A stretch of DNA of 64,000 bases, taken from Alphaproteobacteria bacterium (GTDB taxonomy: Bacteria > Pseudomonadota > Alphaproteobacteria > Micavibrionales > SZUA-601). Positions 9,045 through 19,279 of the stretch are shown in pieces. The notes beneath the pieces were generated by a model. It saw nothing but the letters and a program-made list of their open reading frames with translations, searched no databases and was not told the origin of the DNA. The stretch is taken from contig CBDFFU010000003.1 in NCBI GenBank assembly GCA_965246875.1, positions 135,385 through 199,384 of the forward strand, read 5' to 3'. Each line of letters starts with the position of its first letter. Position 1 is the first letter of the stretch. A program made the position numbers and the translations under genes.

Positions 9045-11671
9045 CCGGCAACCACAATATTGACGATACGGTCTGGCACCACGATGATTTTTTTCGCCGG
9101 TGTTTGCGCCAGAATAGCAGCGATCTTCGGATCGTTCACCGCCATCTGCTCGGTTGTTTTCACATCGGAACCGGCTGGCAACGTAATCGTGCTGCGCATC
9201 TTGCCGTTGACCTGAATACCGATGGTCACCGCGTCTTTTTTGACCAGTTCCGCATCGGCAACCGGCCATGTAGCGTCAATGATGAAATCATCATGACCTA
9301 AATCACGCCACAGTTCTTCGGCCAGATGCGGCATTAATGGGTTGAACAGTTTGACCAGGGTGACGATGGCTTCGCGATAGGCCCATTGCAAGGATACATC
9401 GTCTGTCTGTGCAATGTTGAGTTCATTCGTCATTTCGCGCAATCGCGCAATCGCCGCGTTAAACCGGAACGCTTCAACATTATCCGTAAAGCTGGCAATC
9501 GTGCGGTGCGTCAAACGGCGTACCGTCATTGCGGCATCGGAAAACGTTATTGGCTGTGTTGCGTTCTGATTGGCGATGAATGGCAAGGCATCATAAACGA
9601 TGCGATACAGCTTATTCACAAACCGCCAGGAGCCATCAATACCTGCCGTTGACCATTCAAAATCCTTGTCCGGCGGGCTGTCTGACAACACAAATAAACG
9701 CGCCGCGTCGATGCCGTAGGTTTCCATGATATCGGTTGGATCAACCGTGTTGCGTTTCGATTTCGACATTTTGATGACGTCGCCCGCAATAATCGGTGCT
9801 TTAGTCTCGACATGCACCCAATCACCATTCGAATTTTTTTCGACTTCATAAGGGTATAAATATTTACCCTCTTGGTCGCGGTAGACCTGATGGTTCACCA
9901 TGCCTTGTGTAAACAGGGCTTTGAACGGTTCGTCGGCCACTTGCATGTAACCGCAATCACGCAAGGCGCGCATAAAGAAACGCGCATAGAGCAAATGCTG
10001 CACGGCATGTTCGATGCCACCCACATACTGATCAATCGGCAACCAGTGTTTCACCTGGTCGGCATCAAACGGTTTGTCGGCATTATGCGGGTCACAAAAG
10101 CGCAAGAAGTACCAGGAGCTGTCGACAAACGTGCCCATCGTATCGGTCTCACGCTCCGCCTTGCCGTGACAGGTCGGACATTTTGTATGTTTCCAGGTCG
10201 GATGACGGTCGAGTGGATTACCGGGTTTGTTAAATTCCACATCATACGGCAATTGCACCGGCAATTGATCGTCTGGCACGGGCACAGCACCACATTTTTC
10301 ACAATGCACAATCGGGATCGGGCAACCCCAATAACGCTGACGCGACACGCCCCAATCACGCAACCGGTAATTCGTTTCAGCCTGGCCCTGGTTTTGTTTT
10401 GCGAATGCGGCAATCGCTTTTTGTTTTGCGGTCGGCACATCCAGGCCGTTCAAGAAAGCGGAATTTGCCAGAATGCCGTCACCGGTATAGGGCTCGTTGT
10501 CGATGGCAAAATCAGCCGGTTTGACATCTTTTGGCACGACAACGGGCAAGACGGGCAAATCATATTTACGGGCAAATTCCAGATCGCGCGCATCGTGCGC
10601 CGGGCAGCCGAATAAAGCGCCGGTACCGTAATCCATCAACACAAAATTTGCCAGCCAGACCGGGATGTGTTTTGTCGCATCAAACGGATGCGGCACCGTG
10701 ATACCGGTATTAAAGCCTTTTTTCTCCGCCGTTTCGATGTCAGCGGCGGCCGTGCCGCCCAGCTTGCACGCGTCGATAAACGCGGCCAGTTTCGGATTGT
10801 CATTTGCCAAGGCGAGTGACAATGGATGCTGCGGCGAAATGGCAACGAACGACGTGCCGAAAATTGTATCCGGGCGTGTGGTGAAGACATCAATCTTATC
10901 GTTGTTAAATCCGGCAACCGGCTTCGTCAGATTAAAATGAAAGCGACAGCCCTGAGACTTACCGACCCAGTTTTCCTGCATCACGACAACTTTTTCTGGC
11001 CATGCTGTCAGACCCGACAAACCAGCAATCAATTCATCGGCATATTTGGTGATCGCAAAAAACCATTGGCGCAATTTGCGGCGTTCCACCAAGGCACCGG
11101 AGCGACGGCCACGGCCATCGACCACTTCTTCATTCGCCAGAACGCAATGATCAATCGGGTCCCAATTGACTTCAGCTTCTTTTTGATAGGCAATATCATG
11201 CTGTAAAAAATTCAGGAAGATTTTTTGCTGCTGCAATTGATAACCCGGATCACAGGTCGCAAATTCACGCTCCCAATCAAACATCCAGCCCAGCAACTTA
11301 CACTGTTCCCGCATCTCCGCGATATTTTTATAGGTCCAGTCTTTCGGGTGCGCATTGCGCTCCAAGGCCGCGTTTTCCGCCGGCAGACCGGTGGCGTCCC
11401 ACCCCATCGGATTCATCACGCTATACCCGCTGCAGCGTTTGTAACGCGCAATCATATCTGTGATTGTATAATTGCGCACATGGCCCATGTGCAACCGCCC
11501 GGATGGATACGGGAACATGTTGAGCGCGTAATATTTCGGTTTTGCCAGATCGGTCGAGGTGCGGAATTTGTGATGATCCGCCCAGGCCTGCTGCCATTTG
11601 GCTTCCGTCGCTTTGGGATTATAGCGGGTCGTGCTGGCAGGCGTCGTGCCTGTTGCCGGAGGATTGGTCAT
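9041..11671 (-). CDS. leuS: leucine--tRNA ligase
   Basis: 876 aa with class I signatures (FPYPSGRLHMGHVRNY and KMSKSKRN). Confidence 0.97.
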   Translation of the reverse strand: MTNPPATGTTPASTTRYNPKATEAKWQQAWADHHKFRTSTDLAKPKYYALNMFPYPSGRLHMGHVRNYTITDMIARYKRCSGYSVMNPMGWDATGLPAENAALERNAHPKDWTYKNIAEMREQCKLLGWMFDWEREFATCDPGYQLQQQKIFLNFLQHDIAYQKEAEVNWDPIDHCVLANEEVVDGRGRRSGALVERRKLRQWFFAITKYADELIAGLSGLTAWPEKVVVMQENWVGKSQGCRFHFNLTKPVAGFNNDKIDVFTTRPDTIFGTSFVAISPQHPLSLALANDNPKLAAFIDACKLGGTAAADIETAEKKGFNTGITVPHPFDATKHIPVWLANFVLMDYGTGALFGCPAHDARDLEFARKYDLPVLPVVVPKDVKPADFAIDNEPYTGDGILANSAFLNGLDVPTAKQKAIAAFAKQNQGQAETNYRLRDWGVSRQRYWGCPIPIVHCEKCGAVPVPDDQLPVQLPYDVEFNKPGNPLDRHPTWKHTKCPTCHGKAERETDTMGTFVDSSWYFLRFCDPHNADKPFDADQVKHWLPIDQYVGGIEHAVQHLLYARFFMRALRDCGYMQVADEPFKALFTQGMVNHQVYRDQEGKYLYPYEVEKNSNGDWVHVETKAPIIAGDVIKMSKSKRNTVDPTDIMETYGIDAARLFVLSDSPPDKDFEWSTAGIDGSWRFVNKLYRIVYDALPFIANQNATQPITFSDAAMTVRRLTHRTIASFTDNVEAFRFNAAIARLREMTNELNIAQTDDVSLQWAYREAIVTLVKLFNPLMPHLAEELWRDLGHDDFIIDATWPVADAELVKKDAVTIGIQVNGKMRSTITLPAGSDVKTTEQMAVNDPKIAAILAQTPAKKIIVVPDRIVNIVVAG

Positions 11672-11690
11672 GGAACTATCCGTTTTAAAA

Positions 11691-12236
11691 TTATTGGTTG
11701 TTAGCGGCGACGCGCAGTTGGCGGGCGCGGGTCAAAATCGTGTCTTCCAAATCCGTGATCGTCTGTTGGCTGACAGTGGCATCTTTCCAGGCATTGCCAT
11801 TCGCAATCTGACGGAACAGGCTGACTTTGACGGCATCAGCGCGCAGGGTTCGGTCGAGAATAAACACGTTGACTTTGACACGTTCATCCGGTGTTTCCGG
11901 TGGGCTGTACCAGTCTGTAATGATCGTGCCGCCAAACGGGTCGGCATTGGCAATCGGCATAAAGGATAAAGTGTCCAGCGACGCGCGCCACAGATAGGCG
12001 TTCACGGCAATCCCGCTGGCCGCTGTATCTTTGTCTTTTTTGCTGGAGAACAGGCCAATGCCGCCGCCCTCTTTGCCGCCAAAAATGCCGGGACGCTTGT
12101 TGTTATATACGGGTTCCTGATCACCGGCACGACGCGTCGGATATTCGGGTTTCGACGCCACAGAGTTACACGCAACAAGGGCTGGCAAACCAAACGCCAA
12201 AATCACCATAAACATCACCGGACGCATCTGTTTCAT
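11691..12236 (-). CDS. DUF3576-type lipoprotein (conserved upstream of leuS in alphaproteobacteria)
   Basis: Start chosen at MKQMRPVMFMVILAFGLPALVACN (lipobox, aaggg RBS). Contains the YLWRASLDTLSFMP segment. Confidence 0.72.
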   Translation of the reverse strand: MKQMRPVMFMVILAFGLPALVACNSVASKPEYPTRRAGDQEPVYNNKRPGIFGGKEGGGIGLFSSKKDKDTAASGIAVNAYLWRASLDTLSFMPIANADPFGGTIITDWYSPPETPDERVKVNVFILDRTLRADAVKVSLFRQIANGNAWKDATVSQQTITDLEDTILTRARQLRVAANNQ

Positions 12237-12390
12237 TGGCCGTACCCTTTGTAATATGAAAGCCTCATTGTATCGTCGATTATGCGATAAACGGCGGGTG
12301 CGGACAAGGGTTGTCTGCATCTTACGTTGACAGATGAATCCGCACAAAAGACAGGTTGCATCGCCTGAAAATGAGGGTTACGCTTAAACT

Positions 12391-12992
12391 ATGAAAATAT
12401 TTACCATCTGTTTGTTCATTCTTGTCACTCTCGCCTTTGGAGCGTACGCCAGGACATCGTCTGATATACATAGCGACGCGTTTTTCAAGCAATTGCAGAG
12501 CGGGGACAGCAACGCCTTGCAACAATTTCGTCAGGACGCTATGCACACCCCTTGGTTGGCGCACTACACCGCCGCCATCGGGTTGTTTTAAACCGGACAC
12601 AAGGACGAGGCCATTATCTGGTTTTACATGGGCCAGTTTCGGGCACGTCTTGCAGCACAACTGGATCTGCAGTCCGACCGCACCGACGCAGTGGTGGCGT
12701 CGATGAATGACAATCTGGGCCAGACTATTAACACTTATGCCGGTGGCGATAAAGACCGGTAGTTGAAGACCATTGATGCTGCCATTGCGTGACAAAATCC
12801 CATCCGCATACGCCCAAACAGGTCACAGAGGATATTGACCCGAACATCCCGGTCAAAAGCAGGGTCAGCCAGGCGGATCTGAACGCCTTGATCAAGCAAA
12901 ATGTGGCCGGCATGATGAGCTTTCGCAACTATGTCGCGTCGCTAGACCCCGCCGACTTGAATGCGCAACGCAATGCAAATGGGTTGGAATAG
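12391..12992 (+). pseudogene. decayed secreted-protein gene (two in-frame stops plus one frameshift)
   Basis: Signal peptide MKIFTICLFILVTLAFGAYA. The reading frame continues coherently through TAA (12589) and TAG (12760). It then shifts frame near 12788 into ORF 12789..12992. Confidence 0.6.
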
Positions 12993-13199
12993 AGTTTAGT
13001 TCTTTGACTGCCTATTTTTTGCTTGCAGGCATATCTTTTATATTTTTTGAAAAATAGTCTTGATTGTCAGCGATAATACGATAAACAGTTATGAAAATAA
13101 AAATTTGTGACCGGCAGTTGTCGTTTTTAAAAAACAACAAATTTAACTTGCATTCTCCATTACAAATGATAACATAATGAAAATCATTTGGAGGTATTC

Positions 13200-13817
13200 A
13201 TGGCCAATCGCCGAAATCAACAAAAGCAGCAAAAACGTGTTACAGCAATATTGTATGAGAGTCTCGTGGTCACTAAAGCAAGCCTTCCCACTCATTCGTC
13301 ACAACAAGATGAGTCTGATAGATTTAGAATATTGACTGAGTATCTTTTGCCAATTGAAAATCCTGATTTATCAGAAAAACATTTGGAGTGGCAGCGTTAT
13401 GACCAAATTATTGATATTGAAGGGCGAATTGTTGTATCAACAGCTATTTTAAGCGGTTTAGGAGCGGGATGGAAAGTGTACCAAAGCCACACATCAGACG
13501 AAGCTGAAGACATTGTCAAAATTGACACGCAATTGCGTGCGATAAACACCTTGCCAAACGTGGTCACACGTGAAAACAGAGAAAATCACACATTCGCGAT
13601 TAGGACAAAAAATCAGGTTATGAACGATTGGCTTGCAGACCAGGATGACATAACAGCAATAACAACCAGCGATATCATCGCTTACGCGGCCGTTTTAGGT
13701 TGCGGCGTCTTAGTAGCAGCTTTCACAGGCACAGCGGCTGCCCTATTCCTCAAAAATCATACGCATGAGGATGGTCTTTCAAAAGCAGGCACATGGCTGC
13801 ACCGAATGACGCATTAA
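13200..13817 (+). CDS. hypothetical protein, C-terminal TM segment, AT-rich ORFan
   Basis: ATG preceded by a ggagg RBS. No family recognised. Composition is visibly AT-richer than the neighbouring genes. Confidence 0.45.
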   Translation: MANRRNQQKQQKRVTAILYESLVVTKASLPTHSSQQDESDRFRILTEYLLPIENPDLSEKHLEWQRYDQIIDIEGRIVVSTAILSGLGAGWKVYQSHTSDEAEDIVKIDTQLRAINTLPNVVTRENRENHTFAIRTKNQVMNDWLADQDDITAITTSDIIAYAAVLGCGVLVAAFTGTAAALFLKNHTHEDGLSKAGTWLHRMTH

Positions 13818-13888
13818 AAAGCTTGTAGCAAGATTTATGCGCTTAAAGAAAAACCCACCATCGGCAGGTTTTCTTATAATTCTTATAA

Positions 13889-13909
13889 AATGGTCGGGGT
13901 ACAAAGATT
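13889..13909. repeat. 21-bp direct repeat copy 1 (duplicate of the tRNA-Pro 3' end)
   Basis: The sequence aatggtcggggtacaaagatt is identical to 14022..14042. Confidence 0.95.
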
Positions 13910-13989
13910 GGCTGCTGCGCGCCGCGTCTGCGCAAGCAAAGCTTGCTTGCCGTCGAATGAAAGTTCGCCCTTTCGAACCCACCATCAAT

Positions 13990-14013
13990 TAAAAACCCCG
14001 CTCAAGGCGGGGC
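13990..14013 (-). terminator. rho-independent terminator downstream of tRNA-Pro
   Basis: Hairpin ccccgc-tcaag-gcgggg with a T-run on the minus strand (aaaaa on plus). Confidence 0.6.
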
Positions 14014-14021
14014 ATTTAATT

Positions 14022-14042
14022 AATGGTCGGGGTACAAAGATT
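14022..14042. repeat. 21-bp direct repeat copy 2 (within and adjacent to the tRNA-Pro 3' end)
   Basis: Identical to 13889..13909. Confidence 0.95.
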
Positions 14043-14100
14043 CGAACTTTGGACCTCCTGTTCCCAAAACAGGCGCGCTACCAGACTGCGCCACACCCCG
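14024..14100 (-). tRNA. tRNA-Pro (anticodon UGG), CCA encoded
   Basis: The reverse complement reads cggggtg...cctgt-ttTGGga-acagg...ggtccaaagttcgaatctttgtaccccgacca. Confidence 0.9.
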
Positions 14101-14272
14101 ATCCAAGACACGCCGAGAGATGATCAAGGCCGTGTCGAGGTGGGACAGTAGCATAATTTGCACAATAAAGGCAACTCTCCTGAGCCAGCATATTAAAATA
14201 AGCCGATCAAAGATGTTGACACCGCAAAGCAAATCTATATAACATAATAAATATAACAAATGCGAGATACAG

Positions 14273-14572
14273 ATGCTTAGTGAAACCAGCGGTAAATTTT
14301 TAAAATATTACGGTTTGACCATGCTGGGTGTAGCTAGTTTCTGCGTACATCTTTGCCAAAGCTCTAAGATTAGTCGCTTGCAAGACCAAAATGAGAAATT
14401 AAAAACATCTCAACTGCCTGCTAGCTTACAAAAAGACGATATTGCGAACAATTTTGCTGATGCGGCACAAGACGCTGTTAAAAAAGCAGGATCTCATGTG
14501 GAATTGGATACATTGAAGGATGTAAGAGGCAATCTTTATCCCACTATCGTACTGTTTAAAGACAGCACTTAG
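14273..14572 (+). CDS. hypothetical small protein, AT-rich ORFan
   Basis: 99-aa ORF with one N-terminal hydrophobic segment. No family recognised. Confidence 0.4.
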   Translation: MLSETSGKFLKYYGLTMLGVASFCVHLCQSSKISRLQDQNEKLKTSQLPASLQKDDIANNFADAAQDAVKKAGSHVELDTLKDVRGNLYPTIVLFKDST

Positions 14573-14662
14573 ATTGGAAAAGACGGCAGCTTGTCAAACA
14601 GCCATCTTTTGTTAGGTCGCTATCCATTAAGAGCATTGAATAGAAACTAAGTAATGCACCTT

Positions 14663-17485
14663 TTAAAAAGTTTCTATCGTTTCATCTGAAACAATTGCTT
14701 CATCAACCACTTCACCCTTTTCTTCACGCAAGGTCGCGACGGACACCACATGTTCGTCTTTATCGACGCGGAACAGGGTGACGCCCTGGGTTGACCGGCC
14801 GGCGATGCGGATGTCATGCACCGGAGTGCGGATCAATTGGCCCTGGTCAGACACCATCATGATCTGCTCATCCTGGGTAATCGGGTAAGCGGCGACCATC
14901 TGGCCGGTTTTATCGGTCAGCGCCATAGCCGTGATCCCTTGCCCGCCCCGACCGGATTGGCGATATTCATACGCGCTGGAGCGTTTGCCAAAGCCGCGAT
15001 CGGTGATCGTCAACAGGAACTGCTCGGCCGTTTGCAGCGCGGTGAAACGCTCCTCCGCAAAGTCGGTCGTGTCGGCTTCCTGGCACAAGGTGGCGTAATC
15101 AACCGCCTGTGTCGCATCGTCATTTTGCAAACGACGCAGCGTTGATGACAATTTCAAATAGATATCACGCTCATCCATCGACGCGGCAACGCCGTCGAGA
15201 ACGGAGAGTGACATGACTTCGTCCTTGTTGGCTAGGCGAATGGCGCGCACACCGGTCGAGGTCCGGCCCGCAAAAACCCGCAAATCGTCGAGGCTGAAAC
15301 GGATGGCCTTGCCCTGCTTGCTGACCAATAACAGATCCTGATCATTGCGCGCGATTTTGACGGAAATCAATTTCTCATCGTCACCCAGTTTCATGGCGAT
15401 CAAGCCATTGCTGCGGATATTCGCAAAATCGCTCAACGCGTTACGACGCACTGTGCCATGGGATGTAGCAAACACGATGCTGTAATCATCACGCGCATCG
15501 CCAACATCCGGCATCGGCAGGATGACGGAAATTTTCTCGTCCTGTGCGACAGGCAGCAAATTGATCAACGCCTTGCCGCGCGCTTGCGGATTGCCCAGTG
15601 GCAGTTTGTACACTTTCAAATTATGCACGATGCCCTTGGTGGTAAAACACAGCAATTGCGTATGGGTGTTCGCAACATACAAATCAATCACGGCATCATC
15701 GTCTTTGAGATCAGCACCGCTGCGGCCTTTGCCACCGCGTTTTTGCGCACGGTACGTGGCCAGCGGCACGCGTTTGATGTAACCGGCATGGGTTACTGTC
15801 ACGACCATATCCTCACGCGGGATCAGGTCTTCAATGTCTTCTTCGGCTTCGGATTCAATAATTTCCGTGCGGCGTGGCGTGGCAAAACGTTCTTTGACCT
15901 CCAGCAATTCCGTGCGCATCACGCCCAATAACTCGGCGCGATCATTCAGGATTTGGAGGTAACGTTCAATCGCCGCCGCAACTTCATTCACTTCATCGCT
16001 GATCTTGTCGCGTTCCAGACCGGTCAGACGATGCAAACGCAAATCCAAAATGGCCTTGGCCTGGATTTCGGACAGATTATAGGTGCTGCCATTATCATTG
16101 GCATTGCCGGAAATACGCTGCAACAATGGCAACACACTTTCGACCGGCCAGGCTGTCGCAATCAATTCTTCTTTGGCAACCTGTGGGTCCGGCGCGCGGC
16201 GGATAAGCGCGATAATCGCATCGATGTTGGCGACCGCCACCATGAGACCGACCAAGATATGCGCGCGTTCACGCGCTTTCATCAGCTCATACTTTGTGCG
16301 ACGGATAATGACTTCTTCGCGGAAATCCAGAAACGCCGACAGACATTTCTGCAAATTCAAACGTTGTGGACGGCCGCGATGCAAGGCCAGCAAATTGGCA
16401 CCGAAACTGGTTTGCAACGGCGTGTGTTTATACAGATTATTCAACACCACATCCGGCTGTGCATCACGGCGCAGCTCGATCACGACACGCACACCACGTT
16501 GATCGGACTCATCGCGGATCTCGGTAATGCCTTCGACGATTTTTTCGTTGACCACTTCGGCAATGCGTTCGATCAAACGCTTTTTGCTCAGTTGGTATGG
16601 GATATCGTCGATGATAATCGCGTTTTTATCTTTGCGCAGTTCTTCAAAATGTGTGCGGCCACGCATTTTGATCGAGCCCTGCCCGTTGTGATACAGGCCA
16701 TAGGCACCGGAGCGGCCCAGAATAATCGCACCCGTTGGAAAATCCGGCGCCGGCACATAGGCCATCAATTGATCATTACCAAGCGTCGGGTCATCCAACA
16801 ACGCACAGCAGGCATCGATCACTTCACCCAGATTATGCGGCGGAATATTGGTCGCCATCCCAACCGCAATCCCGTTAGCGCCATTGACCAGCAGGTTCGG
16901 GTAACGCGATGGCAGGACTGTTGGTTCCTGATCATTTCCATCATAGTTGTCCTGGAAATTGACCGTATCTTTGTCGATATCTTCCAGATTGATCTCAGCT
17001 GATTTTGCCAGACGCGCTTCGGTATAACGCATGGCCGCCGCTGGGTCTTCATCGAGCGAGCCAAAATTTCCTTGCCCGTCAATCAAGGGCAGACGCATGG
17101 AGAAATCCTGCGTCATCCGCACCATGGCGTCGTAAATGGCACTATCACCATGCGGGTGGAATTTCCCCATCACGTCCCCGACGATACGCGCCGATTTCTT
17201 GAACGGCTTCGTGCTGTCATAGCCGCCCTGATGCATCGCAAACAAAATACGGCGATGCACCGGCTTTAAGCCGTCACGCACATCCGGCAGCGCCCGCGAC
17301 ACGATGACTGACATGGCATAATCAAGATACGACCGCTGCATTTCCTCTTCAATATTGATCGGCTGAATCGGGTTGGCGTTGGTGCCGGTCGGACCCGTCG
17401 GACCACTCCCGCTGCCGCCAATCGTCGACCCCGTCACGGGGCGATTATCATCCGTCATTGGAGTGTTTGTCTCGGCAGCGCTCAT
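14663..17485 (-). CDS. gyrA: DNA gyrase subunit A
   Basis: Start chosen at MSAAETNT. Contains [32 protein letters not shown] and the C-terminal beta-pinwheel repeats. Confidence 0.97.
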   Translation of the reverse strand: MSAAETNTPMTDDNRPVTGSTIGGSGSGPTGPTGTNANPIQPINIEEEMQRSYLDYAMSVIVSRALPDVRDGLKPVHRRILFAMHQGGYDSTKPFKKSARIVGDVMGKFHPHGDSAIYDAMVRMTQDFSMRLPLIDGQGNFGSLDEDPAAAMRYTEARLAKSAEINLEDIDKDTVNFQDNYDGNDQEPTVLPSRYPNLLVNGANGIAVGMATNIPPHNLGEVIDACCALLDDPTLGNDQLMAYVPAPDFPTGAIILGRSGAYGLYHNGQGSIKMRGRTHFEELRKDKNAIIIDDIPYQLSKKRLIERIAEVVNEKIVEGITEIRDESDQRGVRVVIELRRDAQPDVVLNNLYKHTPLQTSFGANLLALHRGRPQRLNLQKCLSAFLDFREEVIIRRTKYELMKARERAHILVGLMVAVANIDAIIALIRRAPDPQVAKEELIATAWPVESVLPLLQRISGNANDNGSTYNLSEIQAKAILDLRLHRLTGLERDKISDEVNEVAAAIERYLQILNDRAELLGVMRTELLEVKERFATPRRTEIIESEAEEDIEDLIPREDMVVTVTHAGYIKRVPLATYRAQKRGGKGRSGADLKDDDAVIDLYVANTHTQLLCFTTKGIVHNLKVYKLPLGNPQARGKALINLLPVAQDEKISVILPMPDVGDARDDYSIVFATSHGTVRRNALSDFANIRSNGLIAMKLGDDEKLISVKIARNDQDLLLVSKQGKAIRFSLDDLRVFAGRTSTGVRAIRLANKDEVMSLSVLDGVAASMDERDIYLKLSSTLRRLQNDDATQAVDYATLCQEADTTDFAEERFTALQTAEQFLLTITDRGFGKRSSAYEYRQSGRGGQGITAMALTDKTGQMVAAYPITQDEQIMMVSDQGQLIRTPVHDIRIAGRSTQGVTLFRVDKDEHVVSVATLREEKGEVVDEAIVSDETIETF

Positions 17486-17605
17486 GGCAAAACCTTGGGT
17501 AAAATGCACGGTAAAAGCATAGTGTTTTATAGCAAAATTCAGGGGTTGCAGCAAGTCGCAGCAGAAGCCGGAACAATACTATATGAAAAAATCTACACGC
17601 ATTGA

Positions 17606-18238
17606 TTATTCAATTGCCGTGCCGATTTTCCACAGCCCGTTAAATTGCTCACGAAAAGAATCCGCGACTGATTTATTGCGCATCACGACCACCCTTTTGA
17701 TCTTCCAGATAATGATGGCGTAACGATCGCCATAGATAAAATAAGGCACCGGGCCAATCAATTGAGCTGGCAGCCAGCGATAAGATGACTCAGGCGAAAC
17801 CAGAAAGCGATGCTCATGCGGAATGAGGATTCGTTCTTTGTAATTCAGCTTTTTCAGATTGACGCGGTAACGCTCCATGTCTTGCGGTGCAAAATCTTCG
17901 AACTGTTTTTCATCGATTGAGACGATTAACAGCTCATCTTCCGCACCACGGATCATAGTAAACACATCGTCCGTCAGCTTTGTAATGCAATCATCGCCGT
18001 CAAAATGGTACATTTCAAAAATATCGTTCTGCAACTGCACCCCATAATTGCCGACAAATTCCACACCGGCAGAGGTCAACGTATTTTGCAGTGTTTTAAT
18101 GGTGCTGGTCTTTGGCGAAGACGATCCGCGTTCCAGGTTCTTGATACTGGGCAATGACAGCCGCGTCTCACGCGCCAAATCGGATTGACGCCATCCCAAT
18201 AACGCGCGGGCCGCTTTGATTTGTGAAATCGTGATCAT
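17606..18238 (-). CDS. XRE-family HTH transcriptional regulator with a C-terminal domain of unknown function
   Basis: N-terminal HTH segment IKAARALLGWRQSDLARETRLSLPSIKNLERG. 210 aa. Confidence 0.75.
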   Translation of the reverse strand: MITISQIKAARALLGWRQSDLARETRLSLPSIKNLERGSSSPKTSTIKTLQNTLTSAGVEFVGNYGVQLQNDIFEMYHFDGDDCITKLTDDVFTMIRGAEDELLIVSIDEKQFEDFAPQDMERYRVNLKKLNYKERILIPHEHRFLVSPESSYRWLPAQLIGPVPYFIYGDRYAIIIWKIKRVVVMRNKSVADSFREQFNGLWKIGTAIE

Positions 18239-18378
18239 GTGACGATACCTGTAATCCTGATTTTAAGAATATAATGAGCTTTAAGTATAAAAAACAGCTT
18301 AAAAGTATATTTACTTGCTTAAAGACCATCGAATCACAGAATATGAAAAGGTAACTTCCCATATAAAGGAAACTTTTC

Positions 18379-19230
18379 ATGTCATTATCTTTGCACGATT
18401 ACGAACATATGTTGATGAATCCACAACAAACAGCCGATCTGCCACATGATGCTTGCCTTGGCTGGACCATAGAAGAAAAGGCACAATATTTAAAAAATCT
18501 GACTGACTGTGCCAATGACAAAGGCATCTCCGTTCATTTCACTGATCGCTATTACCCAACGCCGGACGATGCACAGCGCAAGAAATGGGAATTGGCGACG
18601 GATGATTTCGGGCGGCAATATCGGCCCATTCCTGTTGGCGAGCTGGATCTTGAAAACAATATCTATCTCAACATCAAAGATATTGGCTATGTCAGTTCGT
18701 TTTTCACCTTGATGCATTTGTATGGGCATCGGGTGCAGCACGAAATCATGACCAAACGGCCAGACAGTCCAGACGGTCAACATTACGCACAGATTACAAA
18801 ATATGTTGGTTGGCCAAAACCGTTAAATATGGCTGATGTTTTTACCGACTACCGTATTAATTCTGGAAAACCGAATGCTGATTATGAAGAGGACTTTTTA
18901 GCCTTCGAAAAAGAAGCATTTGCGTTTGGCTTGGATTTATTGCAGGACGCTCATGTACCCATTGATGACCGGCTGCAATACGCTATTAATACCTACATTG
19001 TAACGGACTTTGAAGAAATCAAATCATGGTGGGAAAGCAGCCCGATCAAAAGTGGTGATGATTTTAATGAACGTTACCAACAGCTTTACACGGCTTACCA
19101 AGCGGACGCTGATTTTATCACGCAACATTATCCGGCAATTCCGGTTAAGGCTGCCCCGTTTTCATTATTTGAAATAACCGATACCGGCGTAATTGTTGTG
19201 CGCAACAATGTGGATGCACCAAAATATTGA
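18379..19230 (+). CDS. hypothetical protein (divergent from the XRE regulator)
   Basis: 283-aa ORF. It has a His-rich segment MHLYGHRVQHE but no canonical HExxH. No family recognised. Confidence 0.55.
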   Translation: MSLSLHDYEHMLMNPQQTADLPHDACLGWTIEEKAQYLKNLTDCANDKGISVHFTDRYYPTPDDAQRKKWELATDDFGRQYRPIPVGELDLENNIYLNIKDIGYVSSFFTLMHLYGHRVQHEIMTKRPDSPDGQHYAQITKYVGWPKPLNMADVFTDYRINSGKPNADYEEDFLAFEKEAFAFGLDLLQDAHVPIDDRLQYAINTYIVTDFEEIKSWWESSPIKSGDDFNERYQQLYTAYQADADFITQHYPAIPVKAAPFSLFEITDTGVIVVRNNVDAPKY

Positions 19231-19279
19231 TGTTCACTGCCGCCCTTGCCAAAGGTTAAAATGTTTTTTAGCCTGAGGC

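Noticed and set aside
8499-9269. Long N-terminal extensions offered by the ORF track. Examples are LptE as 256 aa, L11 from 52110, YqgE/AlgH as 349 aa from 45789, cytochrome b561 from 45295, PntB from 29646, the metallophosphoesterase from 31140, SmpB from 55889 and GyrA from 17554.
   Set aside because: The extensions overlap upstream genes and are compositionally aberrant. Internal Met codons give canonical N-termini (lipobox, signal peptide, conserved first motifs), often with a visible RBS or ATGA coupling.
13910-13988. A possible additional tRNA or pseudo-tRNA between the two 21-bp repeats, based on hairpins with a 7-nt loop and an ...cgaacccacca end.
   Set aside because: No complementary acceptor 5' strand or D-arm is present. 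Position 33 of the candidate anticodon loop is A, and the arms do not assemble into a cloverleaf. I treat it as debris within the att-like scar.
15953-17002. 349-aa ORF on the plus strand inside gyrA. Similar long antisense ORFs occur inside leuS (9872..10615 and 11225..11704), pntAA (31310..31837), the ATP-grasp gene (48205..48930), the Cys-rich gene (57823..58506) and others.
   Set aside because: They lie entirely antisense to genes with unambiguous conserved products. They have Arg/His/Gln-rich low-complexity composition typical of shadow ORFs, and no RBS or family signal.
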